Shown here: in pieces, positions 50,933-62,689 of the stretch
Layout: each line of letters begins with the position of its first letter
Numbering within the stretch: position 1 is the stretch's first letter
Source: Octopus vulgaris
Taxonomy: Eukaryota
Length of the DNA: 64,000 nt
Assembly: GCA_951406725.2 (NCBI GenBank)
Contig: OX597815.1
Coordinates: forward strand, 212,164,001 to 212,228,000
Reading direction: 5' to 3'
Notes under the pieces: model-generated
What the model saw: only the letters and a program-made list of their open reading frames with translations
What the model was told of the DNA's origin: nothing
Database searches by the model: none
Program-made: the position numbers and the translations under genes

Positions 50933-51572
50933 CTCTGGCCACTAAAATCCTCCACTTCTTTTCACTCATTCAGTCACCTAATTTACATACATCTACCACT
51001 AGAGTCCATCAATTGTGTTATTAAAAACTCACTAATCTACACTTATTGAAAATAAGCATCTGAACTCCTTGATTATCCTATATAAGAAGTTTTCAAATTA
51101 GGCAAGACAGTCCACTATCTTCCAAGACTGTGTTGAGAGTTCAGGTGATTTAGGATGAGGCAGAGTTAAGTGGGTTGTGTTGGGGGTTCCTTGAGAGGAG
51201 TATTATATATAAATAAGATAATTAATCTGTTTGTTACCACATTTCTACTTTTATTGAATTAATTTTGAAAACAATGAAGAATTTAGTTGAATGATTTTGT
51301 CATTATTAAGGTGGTGTTTAAAGCATAAACAGACAAGGAATTCTGATGGAAGGTTAAAGTTCAGATCACTTTAGAACAGTAAGTTTGTGTCATAGAACCA
51401 AAGGCAGTCTCAGATGGGTTAAAGCAGTATTGGGTAAATTTGCTGAAATCTCCAGCAGCATTATGTTCTACATGACTGCATAACCAATATATATATATAT
51501 ATATAAATATAAAAGGGTATCACTGATATGGGATTTCTCCTAACCATCTTTACTTTCCACTTCCTTGTATCA

Positions 51573-51611
<39 letters not shown>

Positions 51612-51734
51612 AGGTCTCTTTCTTTCTTTTGTTATCTTACCGTTTTATCAATATATATATATATAAAAGGGTATCGCTGATATGGGATTTCTTTCACCCA
51701 TCTTTACTTTCCACTTCCTTGTATCGATCGCCTG

Positions 51735-51930
51735 ACAGGTCCTCGGAGCGGTGGCACGTAAAAGCACCCACTACACTCTCGGAGTGGTTGGCGTTAGGAA
51801 GGGCATCCAGCTGTAGAAACCCTGTATGATCAGATTGGAGTCTGATGCAACCATCTGGTTCGCCAGACCTCAGTCAAATCGTCCAACCCATGCTAGCATG
51901 GAAAGCAGACGTTAAACGATGATCATGATG

Positions 51931-51965
<35 letters not shown>

Positions 51966-52121
51966 TATATGCATGTATCATCATCATCATCGTTTAGCAT
52001 CTGTTTTCCATGCTAGCATGGGTTGGACGGTTCTACTGGGGTCTGTGAAGCCAGAAGGCTTCATCAGGCCCAGTCAAATCTGGCAGTGTTTCTATGGCTG
52101 GATGCCCTTCCTAACGCCAAC
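51735..52121. mobile_element. Tail-to-tail inverted pair of family B elements
   Basis: + copy about 51735-51930 and - copy about 51977-52121 separated by (TA)n. Confidence 0.85.
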
Positions 52122-52737
52122 AATGTATATATATATATGTGGGTATGTAAAAAAAAAATGCTCAGAAAGTTAAAATAATGACAAATTCCTACAAAGAAAT
52201 CAAGCTCTACTTCTCTTCTTGCTAGCAATAAGTCACCATTGCTTATAACCAGAATAAGAAGTCAAATGTTTAAACTTCTACAGAGTGACTCTTCACATGG
52301 ATTCCACATCTGATCACATAGAGAATATGCAGTTGTAACAATCTTGATGCAAAGTTATTGTAACTCTTAATGTTCAATAGAGACCGTTATCTTTCCACTT
52401 TAATTCAATATTTAACTGAAGAAATGATACCAAGGAAATCAAGTAAATGTTCAAGGAATTACACACAAACACACACACACACACAACAATGTATTGCTGA
52501 CTCACACTCAAAGATAATACATAGCACACAATGTATTACACATTTTGTATGTGATACAAAATGTATCACATCCATAATCTATTACACACACACACACACA
52601 CGGTGCTTTACAAACTTGTGCATAGCGTATAAGGGATACTTAATGTAATGTAATACACACAAAACGTAATTAGATGCATACATAATTAATCACACTAAGA
52701 CAATATATTATTTACATACATACTGATAATCTATATC

Positions 52738-52768
<31 letters not shown>

Positions 52769-53223
52769 TATTTGCATACTCACTCTAATATATACATTCA
52801 CATCATACATACAGTTACACACATAAAGTAATAATAACACTTGGAGTAAAAATGTGAGTGAGTGTACCTAAGTGGGTTTGTGTGTGTATTTACAAACTAT
52901 CAGTTCTTCCAATGAGGAAACAGTGAAAAAGGACCTGTCCCATTAGGTACCAAACTTCAAATTATAGTTTGCTATTAATCTCTGTACTTCCTATGGCAGA
53001 GTTTGTATTTCTGTCCTGATAAAAAGGATATATTACCTTTAAAGCTTAATAAATATTTTATTGCAGCAGGTGACGAATTTTGGTGTCTGTACCTGATCTC
53101 CTTAAGTACCATATATTAACTTTGTCAATCAAATGGAAAGGGAATATTGTAACTTTTGTGGCATGCATGTGTGTGTGTATTGCAGCTTTTCCATGTTTTC
53201 ATTGGTCCAGTGAAAATTATAAA

Positions 53224-53640
53224 GGCGCAGGAGTGGCTGTGTGGCAAGTAGCTTGCTTACCAACCACATGGTTCCGGGTTCAGTCCTACTGCATGGCACC
53301 TTGGGCAAGTGTCTTCTCCAATAGCCTCGGGCCTACCAAAGCCTTGTGAGTGGATTTGGTAGACGGAAACTGTAGTTTATATATATATGTGTGTGTTTAT
53401 AAGAACTGATAGTTTATATATATATGTGTGTGTGTTTGTGTGTCTGTGTTTGTCCCCCCAACATCGCTTGACAACCAATGCTGGTGTGTTTGTGTCCACG
53501 TAACTTAGCGGTTTGGCAAAAGAGACCGATAGAATAAGTACTAGGCTTACAAACAATAAGTCCAAGGGTCGATTCGCTCGACTAAAAAGGTGGTGCTCCA
53601 GCATGGCTGCAGTCAAAATGACTGAAAAGAGTAAAAGAGT
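53224..53640 (+). mobile_element. SINE family A, full length
   Basis: Near-identical to the 22285 copy. Confidence 0.9.
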
Positions 53641-54176
53641 AAGGGAGACACTATTTTACAGTTGAATGCTCTTCTTATCAACAAACTTCACCTGCTCCCA
53701 AGTTGCATATATCTTTTTAAGAGAACAGTACAGAATTTTGTACAACATAAGTCTATTGTATTTTATATACATACACCCATATCTATGTATAATTAAAAGC
53801 CTTTATCTACACAAAAGACTATATTTCACTTTCCTCTGATAACAAAGTTTTTGATAAAGTTGAAAAACAATATAAATTCTGTTGATCAAGATATTGGTAG
53901 GGAGAGGGAAAGAGAGAAGAGAGAGGGAGAGGGAGAGAGAGAAGAGAGAGGGAGAGAGAGAAGAAGAGAGGGAGAGAGAGTGTGTGTGTGTGCACGTACT
54001 TGCATGCACACATTTGCTACTTTTAATGTAAAGCAGGTTTACATAACCGATCTTAAGGCTTTGTTCAAGCAACCTTATCTTGAATTGCAGTCAACAGCCA
54101 ATGGGTGCAGTGAAAACAAACCGAGGTTACTGGCAGAATACATTATCCATAGACCCAGATATCTAATCCTATTCAC

Positions 54177-54292
54177 CTTGCGTAGGACAAGCATGTCAGA
54201 CTCCATAGGCTTCTAACACACTGGATACATTGAGCACTTTTATGGGGATTTTTCTTACCACAAAAAGTAGTAGTAGTAGTAGTCGTAGTAGT

Positions 54293-54327
<35 letters not shown>

Positions 54328-54379
54328 CAGCACAATTCAGCCTAGTAAGTGACAGATGAGCAGGGAGATTTACATCCAT
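54177..54379 (-). CDS. Candidate alternative first coding exon of the RhoGEF
   Basis: GCCATGG start context, 67 open codons, AAG/gtgaat donor in phase 2, matching the exon at 50051-50113. Confidence 0.45.
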
Positions 54380-54462
54380 GGCTCCTCACTGCTAAGCCCC
54401 ATGTCAAGTTTGTTTAATTTAACTCTTTCACCAAAGTGTTCCACTTTGTGCATACACTATTT

Positions 54463-54778
54463 TACAGAGATGTACTTGCATAGCAAGTGACCTGACCTGA
54501 GATCGTGTGCTGGGGAAAAAAAACAATTGCAGATTGGAAGGTGTTTATAAGCCATTTAAAAAATCACACAAAAACCGTTAGATTCACTTCAAAATTTAGA
54601 TTTGATTTGCCAAAATATTTTCATCGCTTTGAGACCGGGAATTTTGTCAGTGAACAGGTCACAGTCTCAAAGCGACAAAAATATTTTGACAAATAAAATT
54701 GAAATATTGAAGTGAATCTAACAGTTTTTGTGTGTTTCTTAAATGATTTATAAACACCTTCCAATCTGCAATTGCTTT
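54463..54778. mobile_element. Fold-back insertion, Penelope-like terminal repeats in inverted orientation
   Basis: Inverted arms 54524-54635 and 54664-54774; 12-bp TSD catacactattt at 54451 and 54779; same family at 48458-48625. Class is inferred. Confidence 0.65.
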
Positions 54779-55007
54779 CATACACTATTTGTTTTCCAGG
54801 TACCTGTGTATTTGGTATTATATGACTCCGTGTTTCATTTTATTGTGATCATCATCATCATTATTATTTTAAAGTCAGGAGTATGTGATTCTAAGTAGAG
54901 ATGCATCTCTGTTAGGAAGGCGAGTGACTTAGTGGTTAAGAATATTCAGCCCATGATTATAAGGTTGTGAGTTCAATTGCTACCAGTGCACTACCAGCCC
55001 ATATATA

Positions 55008-55311
55008 TTCTTTTATTTGTTTCAGTCATTTGACTGCAGCCATGCTGGAGCACCACCTTTAGTCAACCCCATGACTTATTCCATCAGTCTCTTTTACCGA
55101 GCCGCTAAGTTACGAGGATGTAAACACAGACACACAAATATATATAAACAACAGGCTTCTTTCAGTTTCCGTCTAACAAATCCACTCACAAGGCTTTGGT
55201 CGGCCCAATGCTATAGTAGAAAACAGTTGCCCAAGGTGACACGCAGTGGGACTGAGCCCGGAACCACATGGTTGGTAAGCAAGCTACTTACCACACAGCC
55301 ACGCCTGTGCC
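55008..55311 (-). mobile_element. SINE family A with internal deletions
   Basis: Reverse-strand match to family A head and tail. Confidence 0.85.
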
Positions 55312-55338
55312 TATATATATTCGATATACATACTTTCT

Positions 55339-55378
<40 letters not shown>

Positions 55379-55379
<1 letters not shown>

Positions 55380-55749
55380 CTTTATATATAAAAGAGAGGT
55401 TGTGTGCTGTCTGTCTCCTACGATTTAGATTCCCAACTACTCCCACATTTTGCGGTGCAGTTTAACCAAAACCGGGTATCTTATAGTCGTGATTCATATC
55501 GAGCCCTTCTGGGTATTAGCGCACGTCTACGATGAGTCTACGATTTAAAAAAAGATTTACCATCATTTTTTCCCATTTTTAATGCATTTTTGGCATATAT
55601 ATAAGGGAAGTAACTCTCTAAAAATTCATTATTAAATCTCAGAACGTAAAAAGCTACAGTAACACCCCCACCTTTGTGGTTAGCCATATTGAGATGGCTA
55701 TTATACTTATTTCCCTTACAAACCTGAGCAACGCCGGGTGATACTGCTA

Positions 55750-55750
<1 letters not shown>
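55379..55750 (+). mobile_element. Non-autonomous Helitron, copy 3, inserted in (TA)n
   Basis: Nearly identical to copy 1 with a small 3' deletion; TC/CTAG termini. Confidence 0.88.
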
Positions 55751-55793
<43 letters not shown>

Positions 55794-55797
<4 letters not shown>

Positions 55798-56112
55798 GCG
55801 TCGAGCTTACGATCGTGAGGTTGTGAGCTCGAATCCCGGACCGGGCTGCGTGTTGTGTTCTCGAGCAAGGCACTTTATTTCACGTTGCTCCAGTTCACTC
55901 AGCTGTAGAAATGAGTTGCGACGTCACAGGTGCCAAGCTGTATCGGGGCCCCTTTGCCTTTCCCTTGGATAACACTGGTGGCGTGGAGAGGGGAGGCTGG
56001 TATGCATGGGCGACTGCTAGCCTTCCATAAACAACCTTGCCCGGACTTGTGTCTAGGAGGGTAACTTTCTAGGTGCAATCCCATGGTCATTCATGACCGA
56101 AGGGGGTCTTTT
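55794..56112 (+). mobile_element. SINE family D, young CpG-rich copy
   Basis: Same core; CpGs retained. Confidence 0.88.
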
Positions 56113-56514
56113 ACAGATGAATACTTTACAGTTGTAATACACTGTGCTGGCTAAAAATCTATAAATATGTTCTGTCGTATATTACAGAAACCAAATAGAA
56201 TACTGCCAACATGATGTTCTGTCTTGCTGCTACAAAAGAGTTAAATAAGCAAACTTGTCTCTCCAACTTCCTTTAACCTCTGATACTAAGCAGTATGTTT
56301 GTGGGTGGCTAAAGGTGGCACACAGCTGCCAACAAATATTCAAGAGAGTTGAAATACACATACTTCTGTTCCCCCCATCTTTACTGCTACATTTAGTACA
56401 GACAAACTGTTTACAAACATATCATATACTGTTGGCTAAAAAAGAACTATATCTATATTCTATAGTATATTATAGCAATGACATGAAACCCTGTTAACAA
56501 ACAAGCAGTCTTTC

Positions 56515-56551
<37 letters not shown>

Positions 56552-56670
56552 CTGTAGCATATTATAGCAATGAAATGGAACCCTGTTAACAAAATAAACT
56601 GGTAGCTGGTTGTTGTTTAGCCTCTACTCAACCTTAAGGTGTTCTTTTTGGGATATATGAACTACTTATG

Positions 56671-56736
<66 letters not shown>

Positions 56737-56916
56737 TTATTTACACACATATATATATATATCATCATCATCATCATCATCATCATCGTTTAACGTCCGC
56801 TTTCCATGCTAGCATGGGTTGGACGGTTCAACTGGGGTCTGGGAAGCCCGAAGGCTGCACCAGGCCAGTCAGATGTGGCAGTGTTTCTACAGCTGGATGC
56901 CCTTCCTAACGCCATA

Positions 56917-57050
56917 TAATTTAAGTAATTTAATTAGGTGAAAGTTCTTTTTACCGGTTGCGCATTTGTTATGCTTATCAAAATATTTTGATAAGCATAA
57001 CAAATGCGCAACCGGTAAAGAACTTTCACCTAATTAAATTACTTAAATTA
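56917..57050. repeat. 134-bp loopless palindrome
   Basis: Centre caaaat|attttg at 56984/56985; arms match except a 2-nt homopolymer indel. Confidence 0.95.
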
Positions 57051-57124
57051 CTTCAATTATTTGTCAGCATTTTCTTCATTTCCTTTTTTATATATCACCA
57101 CTCGTGTTCGACATCTCCTTTTTT

Positions 57125-57159
<35 letters not shown>

Positions 57160-57164
<5 letters not shown>

Positions 57165-57224
57165 CAAAGTATATAATTTACAAATATACTCATACATGTA
57201 TATATATATATCTTCGTAGTTTAC

Positions 57225-57255
<31 letters not shown>

Positions 57256-57265
57256 TTATTTATTT

Positions 57266-57305
<40 letters not shown>

Positions 57306-57403
57306 TTACACACAGATATATATATATATATATATACATATAGTAAACTACGAAGATATATATACATGTATGAGTATATTTGTAAATTATATGCTTTGAA
57401 ATT
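57160..57403. repeat. Inverted repeat (about 65-bp arms) around a (TA)n spacer
   Basis: aatttacaaatatactcatacatgta...tcttcgtagtttacta mirrored at 57340-57403. Confidence 0.9.
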
Positions 57404-60400
57404 ACAAACTAGTATTATATAGATACACTACACGTAACATTGTATCTGCAACGTTTTGTAGAATTCAGTTGTAGCTACGTTAATTCTGTCTTCTCTAAGG
57501 AAAAGACCAAAAATTCTCGTGTGTCTGCGTGTGCGTATCCACGCGTGTGCGCGCACTAGATTGAAGAGGAAAAGTACTTCTGAAGTGACCTTATCACATT
57601 CGTACTTCTGTTTAGCGGCTCCTGCTGATAACATTGCTGCCTTGTGTTTGCCTCACCATTACTGAATGTAAACAAGTTTGTCTGTTGCTACAAACTCTTC
57701 TCTTTGTCATCTTGACTAATTCTCAGATAGGTTTTGTTTATCCCAACACCTCCAACATAATACAGGTTAGTAGTAGCTGAACCAACAAGGATCCTCTTTG
57801 TGGTCACTTAACATGCTAGAAAAAAACAGTAGAGTCTTCATCAAATCATATTTCATTGTCTCAGAAAAGAAGACATAGAATAATAGAGGTCCTGAGTTTT
57901 CATTGTCATGGCTGAAATATCTGTGATCAAAAGTCTGCTCAATCAGACTTGGAGCCAAACAACAACTGGTAAGCAACCACCCAGAGATAGCTACCATGCG
58001 GATCTTGCTTTGCAATAAATCAGGCATGGGCAACCTTTTTGAAGATGTGGACCAAATGGAACATCTTTTGTCATCAGCCAGGCCACACTACTAAAAGAAT
58101 TGGCAGTAATTTTTTGCTAGGCTGCCATTCAGAAAGTCCTACAGGCATCAGTTTCACCATGACTGCTATAAATCACATCCTACCAACTCAGGAGAAAGAA
58201 AAACTCAAAGTATGGCCTAGATTTCCCCAAAAAGTCAGGGTGCTAACAGGTCGAATACTTTCAAGCAGAGCAGAGGCCAAACAACAACAACCAGCAGCAG
58301 CAGCCAGTTTATTTTGTTCAAATAATTTCATAATATAAAATCAATTAGAATTCAAAAGGTTCCTCTCTGCGTGTATAAAAGATTGGACTGCAACCATGCT
58401 TCGTCACAACCTTGAAGGGTTTAGTTGAACAAATCAAGCCCAGTACTTATTTCTCGAAAGTCTGGTACCTATTTGTTTTATCAGTCTCTATTGCTGAACT
58501 ACTAATTACAATACAAGGTGGTATACAAATCAACACCAGTTACGAAGCATTGGTGAGGAAGAAATATAATACAAAGACACATAGATATATACATGTGTGT
58601 GCATACACACACACACACACACACAAAATGGACTCTTCTCAGTTTCCATCTACCAAATCCACTCGCAAGGCTTTGGTTGGCCTGGGGCTATAATAGAAGA
58701 CACTTGCATAAGTTGCCATGCAATGGAATTGAACCCAGAACCACAGGACTGAGAAGCAAATTCCATAACCACACATCCACACCTGTATATCTAATTTTTA
58801 GAAATATATGTCTTTTTAATAGAGAAATCATCTTTAACATTAAAAAATGTATCATTGATTGCTGTCAACGTAAAGGGAATATGACTAAGACACAGGAATA
58901 TTTAGTTTCTCACACAAACACACAAATTCTAAAACTATAAAAAAAAAAAGAAGAAAACGGTTTAAGAATCAGTAATGAGATTTTTGTTAAGTACATAAAA
59001 CATTGATTTACTGTTATTATAGTTCAGTAACTAAGCAACAGCTGAGAAAATAAATTAGCAAAAAGTAAGAACACTGATCTGAAACCATTTCTTGTCAGAG
59101 AACAGCAACAAAAATTAATTTCTTCAGCAAGAAAAAAAAACAATATCTAGCTTATATCAAGGTAAGATTGTCCCACTGGTCATTCACATCCTCTACAACA
59201 TTAGTACCTGCTGTCGCTTGAAAGTAATATGTACGTATAAGAAGACCAACTGGAGCCATTGACACAAACTTGAGCAAATAATCAAAGGGAATAAAATGAT
59301 TTTACATGTCAACCTTACAAGATAGTGTGAAACAAGAACAAATAGATAATGAGAATTGAAAAGCTGAATGAAGTGTAGGGTAAACTAAAGTTGCTAAATA
59401 CAAGGAAAAACTTTGAAGATACTTAAGACACTTTAAACAAACACTGCATACAGCCATGTGCCTTATCTAGCTTTTTAGTGATTTCTCTCACTGATGTCTT
59501 CTTCAGGTAAGAGAATAATATTTATAAGGGTATTTTACCAGTTATTTAGAGCTGTAGACATTAACTCTTAGCAGGGTAATTAAGTAAAGTCAAAAGATGT
59601 CAAGTCAGGTAATTATTTTTATGGATGACAATTTGGAATCTGTAGATTCTAATCATGCTTTGTCTAATGAGAATATTATGGCCAATCACAAGTCAAGTCA
59701 TAAAAAAGAAAATGGACTGAGTTATTTCCCACATATCTTCCATTTTCGTTTTGAATACCAGCTGAACTTAGAGAAACTCTGAAGAACCAAAGCTAAATCT
59801 TGTTTCACATTTACCACAGACATATTTGAATTGCTATAAATCTTTGACAACTCTTGTTTTATTACTACCGGAATCAGTAACAAGGTTACATACTGAGGTT
59901 ACAGGCATAGCCGTGTGGTTAAGAAATTCACTATGATACCATGTCACTTGGGGTTCAATCCCAATGAGCAGAACTCTAAGGATGGGACCTTTCACTGAAG
60001 ATTTATGAGTGAAATTTGTTGGAAGGAAACTGTGTAGAAGCTCATCACTAAGTCCATTCTTAATTTTGGGTGGCAGATTTAATTGATCATCCAATTTAAC
60101 ACATTCACCCGGTGCTTGGAGGTCTTTAGCCAAGTCCAATCTATTGCAAGCCTATTGAGCCAAGTCTCCAGTCTAAAGATAACGACCTTTCTTTCTCCCT
60201 CATCAACAGCAGTGAAGGATCTGGAAAAGGGTCTTGGGTACTGACTTTCTTAACTAAGCAATAAACAAAAATCCCAAAACCCACTACAGAAAAAAAAAGA
60301 AAAAGAATCAACAAGTTTTGAATTACAGACTTCAGAATGTTTTTACTCTCAGAGGATTTAATAATGCTGACATAAAACTGTAGCAGGTAGAAATCGTAAT

Positions 60401-60576
60401 GAAGTTGCAAATTTGATTCACTAAAAGCTTTTTTTTTTTTTTTTAAATACATAATTTATCATTTTACTAATGTTTATTAAGTATGCAACATTGTAGCAGA
60501 AAGATAAACAAGTTGGAAACAGTTTTACAACAACAACAACAAAAACTTAACTATGAAGCTTATGGATAATGAAATA

Positions 60577-60810
60577 TAAGGCAGCGAGCTGGCAGAACCA
60601 TTAGCACACCGGACGAAATCCCTAGCGGTATTTCGTCTGCCGTTACATTCTGAGTTCACATTCTGCCGAGGTCGACTTTGTCTTTCCTACTTTCAGGGTC
60701 AATAAATTAAGTGCCAGTTATGCACTGGGGTCGATGCAATCGGCTTAATCCCTTTGTCTGTCCTTGTTTATCCCCTCTGTGTGTAGCCCCTTCTGGGCAA
60801 TAAAGAAATA
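60577..60810 (+). mobile_element. SINE family C (another copy at about 2675-2895)
   Basis: Same core; 13-bp TSD ggataatgaaata at 60564 and 60811. Confidence 0.9.
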
Positions 60811-61134
60811 GGATAATGAAATAGAACTGCACTAATCACTTGCATTACCAATTCCTTTCCAATGACACATGATACGTGAGGGGCTTAAATCCACCTCATA
60901 TGTCATTGGACTCAAAATGCAAACCCATGCTATAATATATGTCAAACTTTTTTGATTTACTAACACTATCAATAACAATGATGACTTAGTGCGTAAATAA
61001 ATTAGTGACTAAACTAAGCAACATTAACATATTTCAAAGTATTTTTGTTCTCGGCATGAATAAAACAATAGCCATTAATAATTTAAGCATGAAAAGAAAC
61101 ACCATATGTTTGGTTAAATAAGATCGACATTTAC

Positions 61135-61189
<55 letters not shown>

Positions 61190-61309
61190 TGGAGTGTATC
61201 TTTCTGCTGCACTGCATAATCTATTTCTCATTATTTCAATTTATCTCCTTTTTCAGATCTCAGTGACATAAAATAGGTTCGATGTGTGTGTGTGTGTGTG
61301 TGTGCATGT

Positions 61310-61641
61310 ATGTATGTTTATTTTATTTATGCACCCTTTTTCAAGCCTAGCCAGGCTCATGGGCCCGGTTTGGTTTCTGTGGCGTATGTGTTCCCCTACC
61401 CCACCCCAGCTGGATGGGATGCCAGTCCATCGCAGCGTTACTCAAGAAACAGGAAGAGAGAGTGAGAGGAAGTTGGGGTGAAAGAGTGCAACAGGGGGTC
61501 ACCACCACCCCCTGCCAGAGCCTCGTGGAGCCTTAGGTGTTTTCGCTCAATAAACACGCACAGCGCCCAATCTGGGAATCGAAACTGCGATCCTCCAAGC
61601 GCGAGTTCGCTGCCCTATCCACTGGGCCATTGTGCCTCCAC
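61310..61641 (-). mobile_element. tRNA-derived SINE with V-domain-like core (related remnants about 23750-24040 and 48870-49170)
   Basis: Minus strand tggcccagtgg A box, gtttcgattccc B box, ctgcgatggactggcatcccatccag core. Confidence 0.75.
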
Positions 61642-62634
61642 ATTGTATGTAAATGTATGTATATATGTGTGTGTGTATGTAAATTCTCAACTAGAACAAA
61701 TATTCTTCATTTCAAAGATTCATAGAAAGCAGGGACTAAATGACCTGTAACAAAGAGGTCCTGTTTTTTTCCTCTAAAAAAGTATAATAGGAAACGACCC
61801 TATCAAACATATTCTGCTAAAATGTAAAAAAAACCATCACAACAGTTGTATTACAACTTGTGTGGTACTACTTTCATAAAAACCTAAGGCTGTGAAAGCG
61901 TTAATTTAACATTTCAATAAATAAGGAATGAATATGAACGGAAATAATCCAAAAAGCAGAAATACAAATTGAAATGACATGTTACAAAGAAGTGCAACTG
62001 AAAACCAACAACAGAATTGCGATTACAACATATAAAACATTCTCAATAACAACCAAACAATAACATTTATGAAAACATCCTCTCCCATCCGACACTTTGC
62101 AGAGCAGCATGTGTAGCAGCCGGCTTTCTCTTTTTTTTTTTCTTCCTAATGAGAAATGTTGTAATAGTAACAAGAGACAACGGCTGCATTTGTTAGTGAA
62201 AGACGCCTACAAAAGGTAACCATCTCCCACTACCAACAAAACTGATCAATACAATCATTATTATTGGCAAAACCAAGAGATAGAAAGCAGGGTCTAAATG
62301 ACCTACAAGCAAAGGACAAAACTAAGCTCATAAAAACAAAATAGTAATAATAATACTCAAGCTACCTATTCCTGCCTGACAACATATCTTAAACCACTCC
62401 TACAGTCTATCATCCATTTTATTACAAACTTGATCGTGTGTGTGTGTGTATATATATATTTATATATATGTATATATACACATACACACACACACACACA
62501 CAATATTATATATATATATATATATATATAAACCACCCAGTACAGCAGAGATCATTCAACAGAACCTGTTATATTCTTCACTGCTATGGTATTATGAGAG
62601 GTAACAAATGGTTAATCGTGCGTGTGTATGTATG

Positions 62635-62689
<55 letters not shown>

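Noticed and set aside
50500-51024. Longest ORF in the track (174 aa)
   Set aside because: It crosses a retroposon tail, a poly-A run and a MITE, and shows no protein-like motifs.
53036-53112. Short minus-strand ATG-initiated frame (MVLKEIRYRHQ...) ending at a donor
   Set aside because: Ends in phase 1, incompatible with the phase-2 downstream exon.
60858-60910. Small hairpin resembling a pre-miRNA
   Set aside because: Only a 10-bp outer stem with a large bulge; too weak to call without small-RNA data.
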